Positions 1 to 13,585 of a stretch of 64,000 bases of DNA are shown here, piece by piece. Positions within the stretch are counted from its first letter, which is position 1. Each line of letters opens with the position of its first letter. Source of the stretch: Lama guanicoe (taxonomy: Eukaryota); assembly GCA_013239625.1 (NCBI GenBank), contig MU054323.1, forward strand, positions 18,308,819 to 18,372,818. Direction: 5' to 3'. The position numbers and the translations under genes were made by a program. Below the pieces are notes generated by a model. The model was not told where the DNA came from and ran no database searches. It worked only from the letters and a program-made list of their open reading frames with translations.

Positions 1-1322
1 TCCTCCTCGTAGGAGTCTTATAAGTCCTTTAACTCTTCAGATATTGAACTGTAAGAACTGGGCTTACAGAAATATTGTGGTCATAGGAGGCCCAGGTACT
101 GAACTATGAAGTGCAGAGAAGGCAGGGGAACAAAACGACTGCTGGAGGTCACCTTGAAATGAGCTTAAATGTAACCAGTGGGAAAGAGAAGCAAAATCCT
201 ATCTATAAAATTATTATTTTTGTTGAGCAAGATATACAGACTCAATTTTGCACAGAAAATTGCATAAGGAAAAAACCGCTCTGTAGTGCCATTTAAAAGC
301 AATTTAACATTTTTAATAAGGCAACTCTTTCTGATTCTCAACTATTTAGCCATGAAATTGTAAAATCCAATGAAAGTTTGTTTTCAAGAAATGCTGCTTT
401 ACAAGTTTTATTGTCTAGTTAACAATCTAAGAACATTAACATTCTTTGGAGGCTTATATTTAATCATAATGACAAATAGAAAATGAGCTTTCTAACGGCC
501 CTTCGTGTAATTTACTGCCTATAAAGTATGGGTTTGCTTTTCTGATATTTTTGTCTCAAAATTGTAAATAAGATCAATTTACCCAGCAGCCTGCAAACAT
601 CTAAGCAATTTTGTCTTATTCCCAAGCAGTCATTTAGAAACATAAAACACAATATACTGCCTGACAGATAAGAACACATGGGAGGTTTTGCATGTCATTC
701 ATTATCAGTTCTTCAAAGGATATGAGTGGGAATTAATCCCATTATCTGAGTGCTGAAACCATGGCACCAGGAGAGGTGACAAGGCCAGCATCACTCACGG
801 AGCCAGAAGCGAGGAGCAATTTTCCTCACTTTGAAATTTCTCTCTCTAAGGGCGGCAGACTGCATGTCAGACTAGTCTTTGGTATATCAGGGCTCTGGGC
901 TACATCCTAAAGCCAAGTCGCCTTGCTGAGGGTCAGATTCTTTCTCCAGAAGGTCAGGAGCATGACAATACCTCCCTCATGAGATTTTGAGAGGATTTAA
1001 TTCAACATAACAAAGTGTTGGCAAACCATAATCTTCCCCTTTAAAGTCAGAAAGTCTTAACATCTTTCAAACTGTTTCTCTGTATATCTATTCTGACCAG
1101 AAGTAAATACACAACTTTGGCCTGCTTTGCAGCATAATCTTTCTCACTGCTTAAAACTTCCCTTTTCCATTGTTGTAGACTGGCCACAAAATGTTGACCT
1201 TGGTCCCTGAGAGTTACAAAAACATATGAACAAACCCACACAAAACCACTCCACTGCTAGAAGAGCAAATTCAGCGTCTATGTGTCTATGGATGGTGTCT
1301 TCTTGGCTATCATCCAATGCAG

Positions 1323-1532
1323 CCCCTACACATACTTCCTGTCCCCTATACATACTTCCTGTCCCCTACACACATTTCCTGTCCCCCTGCATACATTTCC
1401 TGCCCCCTATATGCACTTTCTGTCCCCTACACACACTTCCTGTCCCTCTACACACATTTCCTGCCCCCCTACACACACTTCCTGTCTCCCTGCACACACT
1501 TCCTGTCCCCTACACACACTTCCTGTCTCCCT
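1323..1532. repeat. Minisatellite, about 10 copies of a 20-22 bp unit CCCCTACACACACTTCCTGT
   Basis: Directly visible tandem units. They explain the three overlapping repetitive ORFs at 1226-1629. Confidence 0.95.
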
Positions 1533-1579
1533 CCATGGCTTTGTTGCTCTCCAACATAAGCTCACCATCTTGCATACGC

Positions 1580-1725
1580 TTTATTTGACCTCTTTGCTTA
1601 TTTTACTTATTTGCTGTCTCCTGCATTAGAAGGTAAGCTTCACATGGCAAGAATATTTGTCTGTTTTATTCACTGGCATATCCTAAGAGCAATGACTGAC
1701 ATTCAGAAAAAATGAATGAATGATG
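1580..1725 (+). mobile_element. L2 LINE 3' end fragment
   Basis: tagaaggtaagcttc...tgtctgttttattcactg...aatgaatgaatga resembles the L2 terminus. Confidence 0.6.
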
Positions 1726-2098
1726 CTCAGCACATGACCATCATACAAATGCTCATATATTTGCAGCCAAAGGCAACCTGGCAACTGTTAGAAATGGTCT
1801 ATTAAGGCTTATGCAGCTTTTAATGTTTTGATTCTGATATGTCAAAGCCCATGAAATAATTGGTTATTTTAAAATATTTTGATTTTTATATTATATATTT
1901 ATTATACTTTATGTAATATTTATTTTACATTATAGTTATATAACATATCATTTAATTTCTACCATTGGCCTTGTCAACAGTTTTTTATTCAAGTTACCTT
2001 TGTCCTTTTAGTTTTTTTCTCTCTGTGGTGAGGGAGTATAGCTCAGGCCTCAGATACTAATCTTAGATTTATAGAAAAACATAAGCCGTATGAGGGAG

Positions 2099-2462
2099 TG
2101 CTATAGACTGAATGTTTGTGGCCCTCTCAAATTTATATATTGAAACCTATTTTCCAATATGGTGGTATATGAGGATGGGAACTTTGAAAGATGATTAGAT
2201 CATAAGGGCAAAGTCCATCAATAGGATTAATGCCCTAGTAAAAGAGACCCTGGTGAGCTCTCTTCTCCACTCCCCCACGTGAGGACAGAGCAAGAAGACA
2301 GCCGTCTATGAACCAGGAAGCAGGCTCTCACCAGACACCAAATCTGCCAGTGCCTTGATCTTGGACTTCCAGCCTCTGGAACTGTGAGAAATACACTTCT
2401 GTAGCTCATAAGCCACCCCACTCTATGGTATTTTGTTACAGCAGTCCAAATGGACCAAGACA
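2099..2462 (+). mobile_element. Solo MaLR LTR (MLT1A/MST-like)
   Basis: TG...CA termini; perfect 5-bp TSD GGGAG (2094-2098, 2463-2467); typical MaLR text ccttgatcttggacttccagcct...gaactgtgagaaata. Confidence 0.9.
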
Positions 2463-3587
2463 GGGAGTTTTCCCCTCCCCCATTAGAATTTATGTGTAAA
2501 TCCCAAATCTACTCCCCTAAGCAATTACTCATCATTTAATGTTCATAAATTTCCACTGTATACTCAATTGCAAGAAAACCGAAGTGTGATTATAAACAGC
2601 ACTAATAATAAATAGGCACAGACATGTTTACCACCCTCTGTTCCCACAGCATTTGGGAGAGCTGTCAAATTATTCTGTGGCAGATTGGAAAGAGGGGGTT
2701 GTATTAGAAGTCATGACCCAACGGCTAGTGACGCTGTTTCCCTATTTTACAGTCTGGGAATCACTATTTAGAAAATTCTAGCTTTGTTCATTAGCTGCAA
2801 CAGCAGAAGATGAGCCTGCGGGGATCTTTAAAGGAAAGAACCAGGGGGAAATGAAGCAGAAGAACTGAAAACAAAAAAATCCCATGATAGTGTTGCTCTC
2901 CTGCGTCTTTGAGAGGGCCTTTCCTCTGCCTTTATACAATCACACAGAGAGCGGACAAGGTTTGACGACGCAGGAAAGGGACACTTCGTTCTGAATTGAA
3001 TTCCCGCAGGTGTCTGGCTCCTGGAGTTTGAGACATACTTCGTTTTGTAGGATTTTCCTAAATAAAACTCTGTACTTTGCTTGTACAGGAAGACACAGAA
3101 CGTGATTCTATTTTCACTTCCAGAACCAGTGCAAACACTTTTTTGTTAGACGTTGTTGAAGAGGGTGTAAAACGATGCAGATGGCAGTGGTGAAGGGTCT
3201 TAATGGCATCCTGTCTCCCCTACGATCTCGCTGCCTCCTTTGTGACCTGCACTTGGCCACATCTCCTGCTTTCAGGGAGTTTTCCAGACAAAGCCCCATG
3301 ACTGGCTATCCATGAGTTAAGACACAGAAGGCTTTAAATTTTTCTTGTCTACTTCCGGAGAGAAATACACAATGCAGATGAAGAAGAATGTCCTTTTTGA
3401 AGACATTTGCTTCGTCTAGAGAGTCTACATTCGTCGCCAAAATGTGCATATATGCTACAAATACATTTATTTCTCTTGTAATTTTATTACGGACAGTCTG
3501 TGGGGCTTTGACATAGACCAAGTGGTTACAGTAGAAAAAGTCAGCTTGGAACATTATAACTTAAAATATGCAGAGAAAGGCACTCAC

Positions 3588-3687
3588 CAGCACTGACGGT
3601 GATAGCTTCGATAAACTGCTCTCTCCAGCTGTTTGTCCCAACCACAAGGGCTAGGTTTGTCTTCTTAATAAGTTTGTCCACAGTGCT
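3588..3687 (-). CDS. SLC8A1: NCX1 constitutive exon (100 nt): STVDKLIKKTNLALVVGTNSWREQFIEAITVSA(G)
   Basis: cttttctag|AGC ACT GTG ... AGT GCT G|gtgagt. Hand-translated because it is not in the ORF track. Confidence 0.98.
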
Positions 3688-4383
3688 CTAGAAAAGTTGA
3701 AAAGAATCAGATCATAACTGCCGGGTGGGTTAAGGCCTCGGGAAAGTTCAGCCCTTGTGGATTTTGAAACCCCAGAGCTATATAAAGGGTAGCAGATGTT
3801 AGGCTCAGACAACAGTATTGACATCAAACACTGTTAGGATTATGCAAACAAGCCAGAGTCCTTACTTGGAAACATTCTGAAATGGAAACTTCTTCGTAAC
3901 AAATACAAGCCTCCTCCACTGCCTAGGGGCCAAGGAAGACTGGCCTCAGCACTTAGAGTAGCAGGTGTTGCAAAAGCCCATGGCTTTCCCTCGAATGCTT
4001 CATGAGCTCGTTTCTTTCCTGGCTTTGTCTATAGTGTGCCCTCTGCAACTGAATTAATCTATGCCCTGCTCAGCTTTATGTATCTGTGAATAACCGGGAA
4101 GTGGCAGATAGATTATGAAACTAAGTCCTGTTATTATACTTTTGTTGATCAATGAAATGCAGCCAGACAGCAGAGCCTCAAGATAGCTGCTACATGATCA
4201 TCAATACATAGATCTTTCTTTGGCTACTGATTTTGTCCGCCTGGTGGCCGTTACAGAATTCATCTCGCCTTACTCCTGTTGCAAACAAGAAAAGATCAGT
4301 TTGTATGGTTAAGGGCACATTGCCGCTACCGTGTGCTGAATTTCCCCTGCACTAAACCTCTTACTGTTATTTTCTTTTAGGCC

Positions 4384-4474
4384 TTTTTTTTTTTTTAATG
4401 GAGGTACCGGAGAGTGAACCCATGACCTCATGCACACTAAGCATGTGCTCTACCAATGAACTATTTCCCTCCCC
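4384..4474 (-). mobile_element. tRNA-Ala-derived SINE (camelid Vic-1-like)
   Basis: Reverse complement resembles tRNA-Ala(AGC) plus poly(A); degenerate TSD ttcttttaggcc / ttctttagacc. Confidence 0.85.
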
Positions 4475-5493
4475 TCTTCTTTAGACCTTTTTTAAGCACT
4501 TGGTTCTGTACAATTAGTACTCTCTAGCTTTTTAAATAAATGTCAGTTAACGGAACAGCAGGAGCAGCCAAGCATTCACAAGAAAACTGAGCAGATGCAC
4601 CCAAAGCACTACCACAAATCAAAGCAGCTACAGGGAGAAGGGTCACGTCCGGGACTTGAGGCTGTTCCTCCCGGAGAAACTACCACGTTGGCTAGTCTAG
4701 TGCACATCCACACTTACTGTCAGAGCATCCTCGAGTTCCCACTCAGTGCAAAGAGGCAGAAAACACGTATTATTTTCCCGAGGTCAAAATTGGTACATGT
4801 TTAATGCAGTGTACCTGAACTGACTTTGCTTTGAGAGAGAGAGAGAGCACATTATCGGCTAACCAGGAAATGTGATCTGAGGGGCCTGGACAGAAGGTCA
4901 AAGCCACATCAGAAAGTCAAGTGTGTTAGTTCAACAGTCATTGGAACTGACTTGAAACACTGAGAAGATAAGAAACATGAAAAGGCCCATATTCAACTGG
5001 CCCACTCTGTATTGCCGTCATTCTTTGCTCGATTATTCGTCCTGACGGTGGTGACCTTTCAGCCTCTAACTTTGCGTCTAGAACTGCTAGTGCCCCTGAT
5101 AATAGTTGGGACCGTCACTGCTCTTGGCTGCCAACGAGAAACACATGACAAACATCTGCCCTTTCTCTCAAGTCAGCCACATCTCATCAAGTACTCTGAG
5201 TGTCTCGGCTGATGCCAATTCAAAGTTCTGAGTAGAATGTAACAAGAAATGACCTTGACTTTCCCTAAAGGTAATGGAATCTTGGGGCAGGTCTCTCCAA
5301 AGAAGCCCTCTTTATTCTGAAGCCAAGGCAGAGAACCCCTTTCCCTGGGAGACAAAACAGTTGAAGAGAGAAACTGCTCTAACAGTGAAGCACAGACTGA
5401 CCTCAAAATCCCTCGCAAGAGATTTTTTTAAGATAAACTAAACGTAAAATTTATATGTATGTAAAATCTAAGGTAGATTGTAAACTTTAGTTT

Positions 5494-6017
5494 CGTAATA
5501 GGGAGGAACATATCTGACTCCATATTGGATCTGTTCTTTTAGCTCTAACCCTGTACTGTTTCCTGTGCTGAGTCACGCTGGGTCTGCACCTTTTGTAAAA
5601 GAATTTGCCCACAGCCTGAAATAGACAGGATGGCCCATTCTCAAGACTCTGACCTTTAAGGGCATAACACTTTTCCATTTATATAGAGATAAAAAAGTTG
5701 CAGAATGGAGAATAACATTTATCTTGTTGGAGGTTTACAGGGACATCATGACCTGACCTTTGTGCAAGAACAAAGGATTTCAACGCCAAGAAGTTTGCAA
5801 ACAACTGACCACACCCCCCCTCCTTTTTTAGTATAAAAGGAGTCTGAATTCTGACTTGAGTAAAATGGTTGGTAAGATGGTTCTCAATGACATTAGTCCC
5901 CCATCTTCTCAGTCTGCCGACTTGCCAAATAAAGTCATTATCCTTTGCCCCAGCACCTCGTCTCCTGACTTACTGGCCTGCCGCTAGGTCAGCAGAATGA
6001 GTTTGGACTTGGTAACA
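5494..6017 (+). mobile_element. Solo ERV1-class LTR
   Basis: (C/T)GTAATAGGG...GGTAACA ends; 4-bp TSD GTTT (5490-5493, 6018-6021); TATAAAA near 5833 and AATAAA near 5928. Confidence 0.88.
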
Positions 6018-8270
6018 GTTTATGTTAAGCCTGGAGGATTATGAGAGAGCCTGGGTTCTTCCTAGGACTTAATTTGCATGTGTGTCCTCTCTTGACCTAA
6101 ATTTGAAATTTAGACACTTGAACATTGCCATCTATACTGATAAGAGGTTTTCAAAATGCCAGTCACCAGCTCTTCACTGCACTAGACTGCAAGCAATTCT
6201 TATAACCTCACCCTCGGCAATGGGCGTTAGAAAAGCCAAGCCCTCAGTCACAGTGTAGTAAACAACAACCCACTGGGCAAAGCACGTCGGGATATTGTGA
6301 GGTGTCACCCTGATGTGGGACTTTCATGCAGTTCTGGGAGCACTGAATAAGTTATTTTAAGCAGCTATGGTCTAGAAAAAAACCTCTTAAAATAATAATA
6401 TAGTATCAAAATTGATGCTTGAGGGCACTTCAGAAATAGACCCCCAAGGTACCCTTTGGTGTTAGCAGTAACTGTCCTGATGAACTTTGAGGAGATGCAA
6501 GGAACCTACGAAAGTCACTCCAGGAAGGTAAGTTCCCCAAACAGCTGGACTTACGTGGACAGACCTGGGTGCCTTTCAAAGGCTCAGATCATTGGAGTGT
6601 TTACCAGAGGGAGCTCTGGACCCAAGAAAGCTGTGCTGCCTAGACAGCTGTACCCTACCATCCCCAGCCCAACGCTTCCTACAGGAAGTCACTGTGATTG
6701 CCCTTCCTGGTTGTGGGTGCATGGAAGGGCGAAGTTTGGGGTTGTTCCATAAGGGAGAGAGCACATGATAATTTCCCATGAGAGTCCTGGGATGGGGGTG
6801 GGGTCAGCATTTACAGAAATGCTGAGCTGCAGAAGCTCTGCTGCCGCAGGTGGCACTGGACCCTCTGATCTGAGGTGAAAAGAGGGTATATGAGGAAGAA
6901 TGAGGTTGGATATATCTGAACAGAGTGGTCCATAGAAACAGCCTGATATGTTTGCACCCCAGGAATCGCAGGGAACTTGTGCACCTGCCAGTCACATGTG
7001 TGCAGCGATCCAGGTTCCAGATCAGACAACGGGTGTGTTCTGATGGTCAGGGTGGGTCTGCTTAGACAGCACTGATCCCAGTGTTCATCCTGCTCTTTCT
7101 TTCCATGGGCATGAGTGAAAGGAGTTAACAGATGCATTCGTGGTGGCCTGAAGGGGAAAGTTCAATTGCATTTTTATCTTTTAAATGCCGTTTTAATTGA
7201 AAAGACATGTTTCTTTCCATCTGTCTCCTATCAGGCACCTTCATTTGTGAGCTAAATTAAAAGAATAACAAATGGGCTCAGCTAAAGGAAAAGAAGCCAC
7301 TACTATGAAAAATCTGGATGCAATCTTGACACATCAAAGTCAGGGGCCTGAGTCTCCCTTGTGGACATCTTCATTCTGGGTTTCAAAATAGGAACAGAAT
7401 CTGCTCTTAAAAAATAAGTGGGGGAAATACTGCTGAGCTCTGGTTTGTAGTTCTGGAAGCCCCTAGGGAGGATGCTCTTTTTCATGCCCCACATAGAACT
7501 GAGGTGTGGCTCTTGGGGGCATTTCTGAGTGTTAGGACCATGCAAGTGAGATAGGATGGGAGTTGGGACAGGGGCCGAGGGAGCAGCTAAGAATGGACAG
7601 AAAGTTCCACCTCCAAGTCCTAAGCTCACCCTAAGACCCATGTACTTAATTTCTGAAAAATGACTTTGATCATCTAGAGAACTGGGAATCCAGTTTTATC
7701 AGCTCAACTACAGACGCTCTGGTTACGGACCCTATACATTTAGTATGATGACTGGGCTAAAAGTGTCCTAGGATCTTAAGAAGGTGACTATGTATAAATG
7801 AGAAGTTATTAGTGCAATGTTCTGTAGGGAGTGCCCTACCATCCCCACCCCAAAACTAAAGCCTAATTTTCAGCAGTGAAAATGCTTGGCTTCTAATAGA
7901 TTGAACAGCTTTTCCAAATAAAGTGTGTTGGTTTCCTCCACGCATAACAGTCTCTTGGAATCCACCTTTGCCTCTTCCTTGCTACCTGCTCGGACAAAGC
8001 CCTCACTGTCGGGCATCTGTGACCCTGTAGGGTGATGGATGGCACCCACCAGACCCTGGTTCTGATGCTGTTTTGTTTGCAGGACCTCTTAATTCCCTAT
8101 CAACTCTCTGACTCCATTTCTGCTCTGAAGGCCTCTTAAACCATCAGCCAGTTCCTGAAATTACATCTGCCTCTCATTCCGGATGGATCATGTCGTGAAG
8201 ACCAACAATATGAACCGTCTTGGTCCCAAGGTGGACCTGGACCCCTACCGGGCAGCCTTGGTGAGCGTAC

Positions 8271-8401
8271 CTTGAACTCATAGGATTCTTCAATGATCAC
8301 CTCCAGCCTGGTGTGCTCCCCCAGAATGGGGCGCCCCATCTCTGCGATGCGTCTCTCCTCTTCCTCTTTGCTGGTCAGTGGCTGCTTGTCGTCACATTCC
8401 T
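8271..8401 (-). CDS. SLC8A1: NCX1 constitutive exon (131 nt): EECDDKQPLTSKEEEERRIAEMGRPILGEHTRLEVIIEESYEFK
   Basis: ctttcacag|AG GAA TGT ... TTC AAG|gtacgc. Contained in ORF 8136..8624(-). Phase 1 in, phase 0 out. Confidence 0.98.
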
Positions 8402-11199
8402 CTGTGAAAGGGCAGGGCAGGAAAGTGAGAAGGCACTCAATGTTATTTGGAAACCCCTGGATCCTGCTACAAGGAAACCAAGAAGGAAGGAAGCCCGGAT
8501 GAACTATGAGAAATCCCTTGGGTGGTGTTGTCAGGCTGGAGGGGAGAACTGGACAGACATCTGTCCTGGTGGGCAGCACATCACTGGGACAGCAGCTGAT
8601 CATCATGTCCCCCAACTTACGCACAAGCCAAAGAACAGATGGGGAAAAGCAACTTACAGGTCACATCGCTGAGAAAGACTCTGCCTGCACGTTGTCTATG
8701 TTGAGGGAATCACCCAGCTGTCCCCTGTGACGCTGGCTCACCTGGCTGTGAGTCAGCCACAGCCCTTTAGCACGTGACCAAAAGGAAAGGCAATGAAAAG
8801 TGCTAGAGTGACTCAAAGGATGGAGGAGGTTGGCCTCCTCCTCTCCACTTTCTAGAAGCAGCAGAAAATGCCCCAGGACTAAAGAGATGGTGGATGGGAA
8901 ATTCTGATCTTAGCCGCTCACTTGCCAAGAGCCCTTTTTGCAAGCTAAGAAGTGAAACATCCCTTCCACATTTCAGTAAGGTGCCTGCACTCCAGTGCTG
9001 CCTCTCTCTGGTGCAGAGCTGAGATGGGATGGGAGGACCTTCCCCGTGTTAATCTTACAGTAAATGGGGAGTGCAAGGGTGGAGCCTTAGGGGGCTTTAT
9101 GCTACTACTCACCACGGAAGCATGATTATTTCTAGAACCACCATGTAGCTTACACTCCAGGAGGGGCTATGGGTGCTGAGAAGATGTTAATGGACTTGAG
9201 AGTCCATTAATGAGGGGAAGCTCACAGTTGGCTTCTCTCTGTATGAAGGTCATTAGGATAAATCCCACTCTGAGAAGGCCATGCGCATGTGAAGGACAAA
9301 CACTGTTCCTGTAATCACTCAGCCCCCTGTTCTCCGGGCCCAGGATGCTGGACCAAGACAGGCCACTTCCTCTAAGAGTCAAATGGAATAAGCCTCATCT
9401 CCAAGGAAGTAGCATTGGTGGTACAGAAAGACCTGAGCCCCAACACCCTGGCTTCTAGAAACTTCAAGGCAAACTGCCTGCAGTAGGAGTCTGCTGACTG
9501 AGGAGAGGTCAGAAAGGGAGGGACTTCTAGCCTAGACGTCTTGCCTTCTGCATTTGGGCATCAGCTGCTGCAGAAGCCCACACCTCCCATCCCCTCCAAA
9601 GACACATGGCTTCCTTCTGCAGAGGGACTCTGTGGGAGGGGCTGACGCTCTAGCAAATGTTGCAGAGAGCTGGTTCCCAGGCCAGCTGTTGACGGCTAGG
9701 ACACTGAGCAGATGGGCTAGAAGCATGGCTAGCGTTTTCTATACCGAGTGTCAAACCCAACCAGAGGAAAAGCAGGGTGTAGCATATCAATGAATTCTTT
9801 AGTATGTATTCAAGAGTGTCTTCCTAAAAGGATATTTCAGAATCTGCTTTCCTATCCCCAGTAATTACAGGCCCCCCCCAAAATAAGATGAAGACCAAAA
9901 CATAAGTGATTTTTGGACTGGCCAAAAACTGCTAAATGTTAGCAGACGCAAAAGAGAGGTACAACTAGGTGCGTTTTAACTGTCACAGTTGTAATTTTTT
10001 TTTATAGTAAGCTTGGGAAGTTATGACCCGAAGGGAGGCAAAAGTTTCTGATTGCTGTCCCCAGAATTTGTCCTTGAAATTGTATGTGTGTGCTGTCAAG
10101 GGGCTGGGCTCAGATACGTGACGTTCCATTTATCTAGTGCTCACGTCAATTGTATTTGATTCCCACTGCTTTCTGATCCTCGAACCCAGGGCAGCGTTAT
10201 TAGAGTTTTCATAGGAGCAGGTTATATTAGCGTCTTCGTTCAAAGCCTTGGCTGAACATGGATGTCTGGGAGACTTACATCAAATAAGAATTATTTTTCC
10301 AGAAGAAGAACTATTACCACTTGGAATTTTTTTGCATTACAAAGCCATTTGGGGGAAGAAATTACAAAAGAAAAGTGATGTAGTGGCATGGTTTAAAGCT
10401 GCATTTGACAAAATGAAACGATCTGGAACATGGTATTAAATAAGTGGACATGGTAGTAAATGAAATCAAAGCACTCGGGGAGTGAAAAGGTTATTCCCTT
10501 TTTAATCATCCTCTTGTCTTTCTGACCAAGAAGACATGCTGAGTTTGGTGCTGATATGTCTGGACCTGGTTCCTGATACTATGGTTTCTACCATTTAGGT
10601 CAGAGAAGTCAGTTCTCAGGCATAGAGCATTTGACTGTATCAAGAAGTTAATACCTTTTTTTTCCATTTCCCAAATTTTTAATCTTAGTTTCTATTTATA
10701 ACAAGTAATACTAGTTTTCCATTTGTGTTAGTGACAAAGTTTTCTTTTAAAAACAAATCTAGTGAAGTAAAAACATGAGGCGATTTCCAAAAAAAATACA
10801 TTAGGTAAATAATAGTCTAGCTGGTATGCAGCCAGTGCAAATACTGTAAAGGAGGTATGAGAATGACCAAAATTTAGGAATTACTGTCTTAACAGTTTCT
10901 CATACTAGAAAAGCAGGGTATCTGTTTCTATCACTCTACACTCTTGCTCCAAACTCGACTTGGACTTAATGCCACGCTTCATCCTATTGTCTACCCATCT
11001 GGAAACCTTCCCCATGTTCACCTAGCTAAATCCTACTTATCTTTCAAAACCCCACGTCTTCTTGCATGAAATAACCCCCAACTGACCTGTTTAGGAATGA
11101 CCACTCTGACCTTAAATTAATTCCTTAGTATTTGTTGTGTGTACACATTGAACAATTGAGCATAGACACTTTTAACATATTCTTTTTTATATGTAAATT

Positions 11200-11780
11200 A
11201 CCTTTATGTACAGACATCCAGCATGTACACATACCAAGACAGAAAAATATGTCTCATTGCTCTCTGACCATCCTCACGTTCCCCAGAGCCTATTACAATG
11301 TATGCGATGTAGTAGATGCTCAATAAATATTTGTGTGTGACTCTCCAACTCACGGTTAGAAAAGCCTCTTATTTGCTCTATGCCTGTAAAGACCACTGGT
11401 TAACTGAACACACGTCACTGCCCTCCTGCATGTCAGCACACTGAGCACCACCGACCCACCTCAGCCCCTTTTTCCAGGAACTCATGGTCTAGCAGGAAGG
11501 GAAGCAGACAGATGGGGCAACTTCTAGTTCAGCAAGGGAAGAGCTGAGGGCTCAGGGTCGGGGAGCAGCTCGCTCTGCCTGGGGGAGTCGGGGAAGGCTT
11601 CTGGAAAGAAGAGATACTTGAAACTGGCCCTGAAGCATGTGTAGCAGTTTGCCAGGAGAAGGTGGTAGCAAGGATGGCTAGGAGGTACTTGAGTAAGGAG
11701 AGGCATTCCAGGCAGAGAGCAGTCAAAGCACAAAGGCATGGTAGGGTCAGGGCTATTTTCACTTAGAAATGTCGTGAACA
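11200..11780. mobile_element. Degraded L2 fragments (+ strand about 11200-11335, - strand about 11390-11780)
   Basis: gtagatgctcaataaatatttg and aggcattccaggcagagagc...gcacaaaggcatgg L2-like motifs. Confidence 0.55.
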
Positions 11781-13516
11781 TTTAAGGGATAATTGCCCTT
11801 AGGTGTAACTAAGAGAAGACAGCTAAATAAATCCTTTTATCTATAATACTCTATAACGGTACTGATAAATTAGCATTTATAATACAGATTTTTGAAAGTG
11901 GCAAAGAAGAGATGAGTATTTTTTTAAAGTGCCTTTTCTTTAGATATTTTTTATTGAATAGGGAAATAGTTTAATGGTATATTTTTTGATCATCTATTAT
12001 TATTTTTCCATTTTGAGTGCTAGATCAGATGCAGTTCATTTTATTATAGTCAAGTCAGGTTCATTTCCTTATTTCTGCAGGGTGATAACATGCTGTGTTT
12101 TTAGTTTTGCTTCTCAGATAGAGGACATTCTCTATTTAATTCTCTATCTGTATAGGTACCTATACATGTATATATTTTTAAATTTACCACATTTTATGGA
12201 GAAGTTGATAATGTTACATAACATCGTGGTCTTAACCAGCCAACACAACTTAAAGATCAAACACATAATTAATAGCCACTGCTAAAATCAGCATTGACAG
12301 GACAGAACACAGTCTTGTGCTGAAACCTCTGGTAGGGGACCTCCCTTCTCCTGAGTAACTGATTCTGCAGATGACACACCACAAAAGCTAACAGGTACCT
12401 GGGATTGGGGAAAAGCAGAATTCTGACAAAGCTGCTGTTGATGCTTTCTGGCTCAGGCTGCATTTTGAAGCAGCATCGCTGTAAGAGGGGAAGGGCTGAG
12501 AGTGGGAATCCTTATTAGAAAACAGAACCAGCCACGTGGAGGTCTGCACCCGAGGAGCTCCTGTGGATATTCGTGAATGCATTTGCAATTTTTCATCCCA
12601 ACAAACAACACAGAACTTGGAAAGGGGTCCAAGGCCAGTGGTGGAACAATTTTCTGAAGGTTATTTTAATCCTTCACTCAGATCTGGGCTGACAAGTCTG
12701 AGAGCACAGATTGCTTGAGAGTTTTCAACAGAGAGGCCTCTCTGATGAGAATCTAAAGAGACTGGTACTTTTATTTCCACGAGGAATATTCTGGAGCAAC
12801 TCTGCAGTTAGGGCTGCATGGTATTTGAATGGGGCTGTGGGATGTGAGAACGAGGAAGGTCTCACTGGGGCAGGCAGAAGTGCTTCTGTCGCCGTGGCCA
12901 GTGATGGGTGATGGTGAGGACTAAGGATTGGGTCTTCCTGTCCTTATCCAGAGGTTCAGTGATGTGGTGCAAGGAGCTCACATCGGGTCTATTCTGACAA
13001 TCCATCTGGGGTAGTTCTGTAACCCGTTAGTCCCCTGTCAATGCTCCGCTCTGGAGAAACTCTGCAGATGTACTATCATCTGTGTGTATTTGGCTAACAG
13101 CATGTTGCCTGGAGGCAGGAAAGGCAGGTTCTTGGGAGGAAGACAGCTTGCTTTTAAAGGAACTTCATTATATTTGGAAAAACTCATGCTTGAGAAGCAA
13201 GATTTGCAAGAAATCCAGAACACACTGAAACTTGAGAGACCACTGGGCTCAGCCTCCTCTGCAGGTCCGTGCCGCTTCCTCCACCGTGCCTCCTGTCCTG
13301 GGCTGGCGTGGTTGTGCTTTATTGCCAATCCACCATTCCCCGACTACAAAGAAGCCACTGCATCATGTAGCAATGTTCAAGAGGGAACAGGGGCTGAATT
13401 ATGCCACTTTAATGTCTAAAGACCTAAAGAAGAAAGAACGCTCAAAGGCAGTTAACCTTAAGTACACCTTAAGTTTCTTAAGCTGTGGTTTCCAAGGGCT
13501 GTGAGGAGACGAGTAC

Positions 13517-13585
13517 CTGCAATGGTGATTATAGAGGAGGGAATCGGACGTTCTCTAGCATGAACCTTCCGGAAGACAGGCTGGC
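13517..13585 (-). CDS. SLC8A1: NCX1 cassette exon F (69 nt): GQPVFRKVHARERPIPSSIITIA
   Basis: ccttttgctag|GC CAG CCT GTC ... ATT GCA G|gtactc; phase 1-1. Confidence 0.97.

Noticed and set aside
1323..1532. CRISPR-like array
   Set aside because: Head-to-tail repeats without unique spacers, in mammalian DNA.
1226..1629. Three overlapping ORFs with repetitive peptides
   Set aside because: They are the stop-free minisatellite read in three frames.
8136..8624. 162-aa ORF as a standalone gene (likewise 20445..20843 and 21260..21667)
   Set aside because: Only the splice-site-bounded cores match NCX1; the rest is intron read-through.
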